Source of the DNA: a virus
Taxonomy: Duplodnaviria > Heunggongvirae > Uroviricota > Caudoviricetes
DNA length: 22,439 nucleotides
Virus record (IMG/VR): IMGVR_UViG_2700989165_000009
Strand: one strand, 5' to 3'
A program made the translations under genes and the position numbers. The notes under the pieces were generated by a model, which was given only the letters and a program-made list of their open reading frames with translations, did not search any database and was not told where the DNA came from. This document shows, one piece after another, positions 16,561 through 22,439 of the stretch (positions within the stretch are counted from its first letter, which is position 1; every line of letters begins with the position of its first letter).

Positions 16561-17781
16561 TTATCCTTTGCGGTTAGACCAGAATTCGGAGTTTTGTTTG
16601 TTCAGGGAAGCGATACTGGTCATGCCCATGTTTGGACGTTGTGCATCGCCCGTGGTGCTGCGGGTGTTTCGCCCTTTGGCAATCTCAGACACAGCGTTAA
16701 ACGCCATATCGACCGATTGCTTAGGCAATTTGCGGATATCCGCATCACCGACAACCTGGCGAACCAGCGTTTTGTCAGCAGAAGCCAGAACCTCGCGTTT
16801 GAACACGGTCGGTTTCATCTTACGGCTCAGATCGATACCCGGAACGATAACTTCGGCACGCCAGGCTGAGTCACCAGTAATCGTGGTTTCCTCTTCATCG
16901 TCCTCGCCGTCACCGGTCGGATTATCGTCAGGTTTATTATCGTTATCGCCCGTGGCATTTCCTTCCAGCTTAGCCAGCAGGGCTTTCAGTAATGTTTTGA
17001 GGTCATCATCACTGTCGCCGGTTGGACCTCCGCCCATCTCTGGTACTTTGTCCGGTAGCGGTTGCTGCGGGGACAGGTTGATGTTGAGATTAACGCCCTG
17101 CGGCAAATCCCCCTCATCTCCTGTAACCGATGCGGGAGCCGACTCCACCAGTTCGTTCATGGTGTCAGCGTCACCCGTTTTGATGGCCGTGCGCATGCGG
17201 GTCCACCAGCTTTTCTTTTGATTTGCCATTGTGTCTCTGTCTCCAATTGCACAACGATTTCCGGCTCTGCCTTTGGGGACAAGAGCCACATGGTTTCCGG
17301 TAATATCGACCTGCTCGGCTTTACCTGGCTCGGTCTGCTCGTACTCCGCGTCATAGCCGCACGACACTTCACGCAGGCCATCTTCGATAAGCTGAATGGC
17401 GTTTTCGTCTTTGACGATAAGGTCAGCCAGCATCAAATCAGAGTGGTCACCCGTCCCGCGCCGCACATTCTGAAGATGCCCGACAGCAAGCTCTTTCCAG
17501 TTCTCGGGATTTACCAGCCGCACATTCCCGTTTTCATCTTCAGGATGCAGGATCGTGATGCTCATCCCTTCGAATGAGGCGAGCGTGGCCGGATGGAATA
17601 CCTGCTCAGGAGAGCGCGTTACGACTATCTCACCGAGCTTGTCGGGTTTGAGGTTTGGCAGATCGGCAGCGCCGTAGAGCTGTTTACCCGTTCGACCTAT
17701 CGGCACGTCTTTGCACAGCAGCGAGCCGTCAGCCAGCTGATAGCGGGTTTCCCCCAGCCGGGTATTGAAAAAATATTTCAT
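16561..17781 (-). CDS. Putative prohead protease/scaffolding protein (DUF2213-like)
   Basis: 406 aa with a highly acidic, low-complexity middle region (GDNDNKPDDNPTGDGEDDEEETT) typical of scaffold-like proteins. Located between the head morphogenesis and capsid genes. Confidence 0.55.
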   Translation of the reverse strand: MKYFFNTRLGETRYQLADGSLLCKDVPIGRTGKQLYGAADLPNLKPDKLGEIVVTRSPEQVFHPATLASFEGMSITILHPEDENGNVRLVNPENWKELAVGHLQNVRRGTGDHSDLMLADLIVKDENAIQLIEDGLREVSCGYDAEYEQTEPGKAEQVDITGNHVALVPKGRAGNRCAIGDRDTMANQKKSWWTRMRTAIKTGDADTMNELVESAPASVTGDEGDLPQGVNLNINLSPQQPLPDKVPEMGGGPTGDSDDDLKTLLKALLAKLEGNATGDNDNKPDDNPTGDGEDDEEETTITGDSAWRAEVIVPGIDLSRKMKPTVFKREVLASADKTLVRQVVGDADIRKLPKQSVDMAFNAVSEIAKGRNTRSTTGDAQRPNMGMTSIASLNKQNSEFWSNRKG

Positions 17782-17795
17782 GGTTTACCTGCGAT

Positions 17796-18569
17796 TCAGG
17801 CGAGATAAGAATGAGGGTTGGGAAAAACGATTTCTTTATAACAGCGACAATTCGGGAGCTCGCCAGCGTGACCGGTCATGCCATCAAGCGTTGGAGGTTT
17901 GCCCCATTCGACAAACTTACCTTCCATCTCCCGATGAGAATGCCGGACGTCGCCATCTTCGGCTGTACGCCAGATATAACCATTCGAGCCGATTGACAGC
18001 GCACGCGCCTGATCGAGCGCGCCGGTTGCACGTCCAAGCTCGGTACGGGCGATAAGGTTCGCTCGTGAGCGTGACACGTCACCGGACGCTGCTATCTCTT
18101 TCGCGAATGGTTCAGCGCGGCCACCAGCCACAACGGCCTCGATGGCCTTGTTCTGAATGTCATACACCCGATCGGCGGCCTCAAGAGGCAGTGACTTGAT
18201 ATACTTAATTTGCTCGGCGACGATGGATTTCATCACCTGGCCTACCGGGGCGCGGTCGACCATGTTGCGCAGCTCTGCGCTGATGTTCCGGCTGTGCTGA
18301 CGCCACTGCTTTTCATTCTGGCGTGCAATGTCGGCGGTAAAGTTCTCAGCAACCTTCGTCGCCCAGGGGGTGATGATTTCGCTGTAGCGCTCCAGCGCAT
18401 CCATTATTTCGGTAACGCTATCATTTGAACCATCGTAGCGCCCATTTACGATATCCCCGACCGCCCGCGCTATCTGCCGTAGGCTCGTTCGATATCGGAT
18501 CTCCGCCTGGCGGCTCTGGCGGTTTGTCGCCAAGTTCGCCGATGCCTGGCGGCGCTTCGTCTTCGGCAT
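17796..18569 (-). CDS. Head morphogenesis protein (Mu gpF / SPP1 gp7 family)
   Basis: 257 aa, ATG at 18569, directly downstream of the portal gene as in Mu. The ORF overlaps the portal 3' end by 149 nt in another frame. Confidence 0.7.
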   Translation of the reverse strand: MPKTKRRQASANLATNRQSRQAEIRYRTSLRQIARAVGDIVNGRYDGSNDSVTEIMDALERYSEIITPWATKVAENFTADIARQNEKQWRQHSRNISAELRNMVDRAPVGQVMKSIVAEQIKYIKSLPLEAADRVYDIQNKAIEAVVAGGRAEPFAKEIAASGDVSRSRANLIARTELGRATGALDQARALSIGSNGYIWRTAEDGDVRHSHREMEGKFVEWGKPPTLDGMTGHAGELPNCRCYKEIVFPNPHSYLA

Positions 18570-19674
18570 TCTCGATATCCTCGTCGGTAATGGATGCCCC
18601 GATGCCGGTGACGTCAGAGTTTTCGCGCAGGTCGGTCATCGCCGCCTTACGCGTCATCAATCCGTCGCCCAGCGCGGTACTAATCGCGTTGGTGGTGTTT
18701 ACGGCCACCGTTGATCGGTCAACGTCTGACATTTGCCATAGCGGGTTAAACTCAAACGTGAAATCGTCCGGCAGCGGCTTTCCGAGTTCCGAGCGGTGCA
18801 TAATGTCCAGTATCCGGCGCATCGGCAGCCGTAAGCGGCGCTCCTGCAATGAGCTCACCCGGTCGTAATAGTTGGCGAGGTCTGCATCACCAGTAGAGAA
18901 GCCTTTCGGGGATTGACCGAACAGTCGCACCAGCGGGATACCAACGGCACCGCTAATCTGCTCAGCAAACTGCGAAAGAATGTCATCCAGACCACTAAAG
19001 CTGTACTGGTGGGTTTCGAACTTATCCCGCGAGTCCATGAGCGTCATACCTTCATTGCTCTGGAACTGGCGGATCAGGTCGATGTTCTTCAGCAACGCCT
19101 CGAACGCCGGGCCTCCAAGCGCGATAAGCTCGCGCAACTTCTCCACGCTATAGGTACGCAGATGTGCTTTGTAGACCAGCTGCGCCGCGCCGACAGTGGC
19201 GCTGTCGAACGCAGTAAGCCGATCCCAGATACGCTCTACAACCGACATTCCCCATTCGTTTTCGGTCATCTTCTGCTGGAATGGCAGCGTCACCCCGTCG
19301 AAGCGAATCAGGCGGCTGTGATGGATGCGCCAGGCCGGGATGCCCGTTGCAGTGGTCACCACGTCGTAAAACTCAGGTTTGCCGAGATCTGGCCCCATCT
19401 CTTTAATGCGGCGGGTCAGGACCGGGTTAATCATCCAGCGGTCGAGCGGGAGAATGCCCTTAAACTTGCCTTCTCCAATGGTTTCGAGCCGCAGCGGGGT
19501 CATTGGTGCCTGCCCCTCGATCATGATGAAGCCGACCGCGCCGCCGTAGAGGCGAGACCATTTCAGCACGTCGTTCAGCGCATCCCAGATTTGCAACTCA
19601 TCCAGTTGTGATTCGAGAATGCCACGATCTTTTGCATCAATTTCCGAAGTGATGCGAATGCCTTTGCGGGTCAT
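18421..19674 (-). CDS. Portal protein (as the uninterrupted ORF; the true gene probably starts at 19887, see pseudogene entry)
   Basis: 417-aa ORF immediately downstream of the large terminase gene, with an acidic C-terminal tail. Confidence 0.7.
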   Translation of the reverse strand: MTRKGIRITSEIDAKDRGILESQLDELQIWDALNDVLKWSRLYGGAVGFIMIEGQAPMTPLRLETIGEGKFKGILPLDRWMINPVLTRRIKEMGPDLGKPEFYDVVTTATGIPAWRIHHSRLIRFDGVTLPFQQKMTENEWGMSVVERIWDRLTAFDSATVGAAQLVYKAHLRTYSVEKLRELIALGGPAFEALLKNIDLIRQFQSNEGMTLMDSRDKFETHQYSFSGLDDILSQFAEQISGAVGIPLVRLFGQSPKGFSTGDADLANYYDRVSSLQERRLRLPMRRILDIMHRSELGKPLPDDFTFEFNPLWQMSDVDRSTVAVNTTNAISTALGDGLMTRKAAMTDLRENSDVTGIGASITDEDIENAEDEAPPGIGELGDKPPEPPGGDPISNEPTADSAGGRGYRKWALRWFK

Positions 19675-19713
19675 ATCATCCGGGATAGCATCGACCGCTT
19701 CGCCGATAATCTA

Positions 19714-19887
19714 GGACGAACGATAGGACCATTCCACCAGCATGCGGTTACGACTGGTGAAATTAGCCCGGTAGGTGGATGCTGAGTGCTGGTTAGGTGT
19801 CTGCATCCCCACGCGGGCAACAAAGTTCTCATAGCCATCAGCGGTGGCCTGTGCCGTTCGCCGCGTGGCTTGTTTGTTTCGTGCCAT
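19714..19887 (-). pseudogene. N-terminal 58 codons of the portal gene, cut off from the rest by an in-frame TAG at 19711-19713
   Basis: An ATG at 19887 overlaps the large terminase TGA stop (ATGA coupling). It opens [58 protein letters not shown], then TAG, then continues in the same frame as IIGEAVDAIPDD-MTRKGIRI... into the portal ORF. Confidence 0.6.
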
Positions 19888-21509
19888 CAGGCCTGTCTCC
19901 CTAGCAGCTCCCAGATGTTCAGGGCTGAATTCATTGGCGCGTAGCTGATCATCACCGAGTCGGCAAGGTTTGGCGACCGGGTTCCATCAGGCTGTTTATC
20001 AATAACGATTTTTCCCACACCATTAATGGAATAGGTCGGCTGCGAAAGCTCGATGATGAGTTTATCTTTGAGTGCCATGCTACTGCTGATTGAGATGATT
20101 TCGTCCGGGTTGTAATCCATACCTTCAACCACGGCGCGCCAGGTATTCTGAAAAAGTTTACGTAACCGCCACCAGCTCTGGGCTTTGGCGTTAGCGAAGA
20201 AGTCCTTGTTCAGGCGGGCGGCCTGTCCGTTGTCACCGCGCACCGCTTCGTCGTCCGGATCAAATACCGCGCCACTACCTCGAAACGGTGTGGCGAGTAT
20301 TGACGGTCGGCGCGCAGCGTTACGCAGTTCGTTGATAGCGCGTGCATCGCCGCGAACGCCAGCGCCCAACCCGTCCTCGTCAAAGCGAAACTCTTCGAGG
20401 TTGTCCTGTTCGCAAAAGCCGAAAACCTTCTCGACGGACTGATAAATGTCGCTGCCCACACCGGACCATTCCCGCACATTCTCCAGGAGGAAGCCATGAC
20501 GGGTGGAAAAGGAATTTTTGTCCCTGCCTTCGTCGGCGACGTCCATCGCGCCCAGTCGCTTGCCTGTTGGCTGGATGCCCAGCTTGATATGCGCGTCGAC
20601 AGCAGCCTGTACCCATTCGGATGGAATCAGGACGCCTTCCGCTGATGCACTGTAGTTCAGGTCAAGTTCCTGTGCCACCACCACCGGATTGTCGATTTTC
20701 TCGCATTCCCTGCGATACCACTCTTCATCCTTGCGAGGATCATCCCGCCAGTGGAATGTGAATACCGGTATCTTCCCGCCATGACGCTTCTGAGCGAACG
20801 GGTTCGCCATGCCGTTAACTGAACTCAGGTCAATACGGCAACGCGTCGTTTGTGACAACGCCGCATCAATCAGCAGAGGACGCTGAAGGAATGCAGACTC
20901 ATCAACCAGATAAAGCGTGGTACGGTCACCACGGCCAATATTATCGCCAGCCTCACCTTTGATAACGGCACCAGTTTCAGGAAACTCAACGCGCATGTAT
21001 GGTGCGTGCTTCTTTTCGTCCCACGAACCTCGAAACTCTACAGGTAGTGTTTCCACGAACTTGCGCGCCTTCCAGAACAATGCTTTCGGGTCACCGGTGC
21101 TGTCGACGTATTCCTCTTTACGGGAGCCGAAACCGATAACCATTTCTTTGTTGAAGAGACAAAGCGAGCATGCCAGCCCGATCGCGGTCCAACTGAGCCC
21201 CATTTCACGGGATTTTTCGGTAATACCATTCTCCCGATTACCCCAGCGTTCCATAATCCAGTGGATCCACTCCTCCTGCTTAGGGAAGAGTAAAAACGGA
21301 ATGGTCACCGGCAGGCCATAATCAATATTACGCGGGTCCGTTGTCATGCCCCAGTCGATGATGAACTGAGCCGGATTGGTTCGGTAAAACTGTTTTAGTG
21401 CAGGCAATATTTCAGGATTCTGGCGAATGCGCTGTAGGCGTTCCATCCGCCATTCAAAAACCATCTGGTAATCAGGATGTTTAAAATCGAAGGGGAATGG
21501 TAACGGCAT
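19887..21509 (-). CDS. Terminase large subunit
   Basis: 540 aa. ATG at 21509, 2 nt after the small terminase stop. Located upstream of the portal gene. Confidence 0.85.
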   Translation of the reverse strand: MPLPFPFDFKHPDYQMVFEWRMERLQRIRQNPEILPALKQFYRTNPAQFIIDWGMTTDPRNIDYGLPVTIPFLLFPKQEEWIHWIMERWGNRENGITEKSREMGLSWTAIGLACSLCLFNKEMVIGFGSRKEEYVDSTGDPKALFWKARKFVETLPVEFRGSWDEKKHAPYMRVEFPETGAVIKGEAGDNIGRGDRTTLYLVDESAFLQRPLLIDAALSQTTRCRIDLSSVNGMANPFAQKRHGGKIPVFTFHWRDDPRKDEEWYRRECEKIDNPVVVAQELDLNYSASAEGVLIPSEWVQAAVDAHIKLGIQPTGKRLGAMDVADEGRDKNSFSTRHGFLLENVREWSGVGSDIYQSVEKVFGFCEQDNLEEFRFDEDGLGAGVRGDARAINELRNAARRPSILATPFRGSGAVFDPDDEAVRGDNGQAARLNKDFFANAKAQSWWRLRKLFQNTWRAVVEGMDYNPDEIISISSSMALKDKLIIELSQPTYSINGVGKIVIDKQPDGTRSPNLADSVMISYAPMNSALNIWELLGRQA

Positions 21510-21511
21510 AC

Positions 21512-22117
21512 TTAGCCCATCATTTTTCTATACGCCTCTGCAGCCTGCTCCGGCGTTAAGTTGGTAATTTCTGTTCTGACTGGTCCTCCGTCAGCACCAG
21601 TCACTTCATTTTTGACATTGTCTTTAAACGCCTGAACAGAAACATGACGCCCGAGCAACTCAAGGTTTTTAACCTTATCAGGCCATTTGATTTTCTTCAG
21701 GAGAGCAGCACTATCTGCTGATGCCATCTCGACGACATCCATTCCTGATAGCGTTGTACGCCACACCTTAGGCCAGTCTTTAATCTGCTTCAGTTCGCCA
21801 TTGGCAAGCAGAATGTCAAGCACGTCCATCTGATCGATTTCAGTCAGCCGTCGCAATACATAGGCAGCGTCTATACCTACCTCTTCATTGCGTTCAGCCT
21901 TTAGCTCAGCAATGCGATCTGCTATGTCAGGTTTTGACAGGTTCTCGCTACCAGTGGCGCGAGCAGTTTTCTCGCTGTAACCCGCCCTGATAGCTGCCTG
22001 AGTGGCGTTTAAATCTTTTAAATATTCCCTGCAGAACAGTTCCTGCTTAGGTGTGAGCTGTTTCAAATCACACCTCCGAAACATTGCTCCAATTTCTATG
22101 ATTAACGATGTCAGCAA
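21512..22117 (-). CDS. Terminase small subunit
   Basis: ...[56 protein letters not shown] is the classic small terminase helix-turn-helix N-terminus. Start is either the TTG at 22117 or the ATG at 22084 (MFRRCDLKQ...). Confidence 0.8.
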   Translation of the reverse strand: MLTSLIIEIGAMFRRCDLKQLTPKQELFCREYLKDLNATQAAIRAGYSEKTARATGSENLSKPDIADRIAELKAERNEEVGIDAAYVLRRLTEIDQMDVLDILLANGELKQIKDWPKVWRTTLSGMDVVEMASADSAALLKKIKWPDKVKNLELLGRHVSVQAFKDNVKNEVTGADGGPVRTEITNLTPEQAAEAYRKMMG

Positions 22118-22409
22118 TCATGGTAGTGGATACGCCATATCTCTTTGCTAAAGACCTAAGCCCATTACCTACACTCCCGCGCACATACTCGCGGCGAATG
22201 CAGATGACATCGCACTCTTTTAATTTCGCCATTCCGTTCTTTTCACCTGAACGGTCAGGGTATGAGTTTCTGCCTCGCCTTGACCTGTCACGATTATTGT
22301 CAGCGACAGTACCTATAATCAGATGGTCAGGATTCACGCATGATGGATTATCGCATTTATGCCTAACAACAAGGTCCTTGATGTGAAGTGGCACACTGAA
22401 TTTGGCCAC
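22068..22409 (-). CDS. HNH endonuclease (terminase-associated)
   Basis: His-Me finger motif HKCDNPSCVNPDHL. Immediately upstream of the small terminase gene, overlapping it by about 50 nt. GTG start at 22409, so the N-terminus is uncertain. Confidence 0.65.
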   Translation of the reverse strand: MAKFSVPLHIKDLVVRHKCDNPSCVNPDHLIIGTVADNNRDRSRRGRNSYPDRSGEKNGMAKLKECDVICIRREYVRGSVGNGLRSLAKRYGVSTTMIADIVNHRNWSNVSEV

Positions 22410-22439
22410 CTGAACAGAGGTGATATGCTCACCTCAGAA

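Noticed and set aside
16547-17221. 224-aa plus-strand ORF, Ser/Pro-rich, opposite the protease/scaffold gene
   Set aside because: It is the antisense shadow of the acidic low-complexity region of the minus-strand gene. It has no ribosome binding site context and a low-complexity translation.
18913-19611. 232-aa plus-strand ORF opposite the portal gene
   Set aside because: Antisense to a well-supported structural gene in a tightly packed operon; almost certainly a shadow ORF.
1-22439. CRISPR arrays, tRNA or rRNA genes, attachment-site direct repeats
   Set aside because: No regularly spaced direct repeats, no tRNA-like cloverleaf regions, and no recognisable att core were evident by eye. The window is densely protein-coding.

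Overview
The window is almost entirely the late (virion structural) module of a myovirus-type prophage with a Mu-like baseplate, in an Escherichia/Shigella-type genome. It is transcribed right to left on the minus strand as one tightly packed operon: HNH endonuclease, small and large terminase, portal, head morphogenesis protein, protease/scaffold-like protein, head protein, major capsid, connector proteins, tail sheath, tail tube, tail assembly chaperone with a -1 frameshift extension, tape measure protein with a lytic transglycosylase domain, baseplate proteins, tail fiber and tail fiber assembly protein. At the left end sit an AT-rich plus-strand acyltransferase gene (likely an O-antigen acetylase for lysogenic conversion) and a partial IS1 element. 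Three things stand out: a small moron island (5913-6805) inside the baseplate genes encoding two envelope-targeted proteins, an in-frame TAG stop near the start of the portal gene, and a 92-N assembly gap inside the baseplate J-like gene. No integrase, repressor, lysis genes, tRNA or CRISPR array are present in the window. All family names are recalled from memory, not searched.
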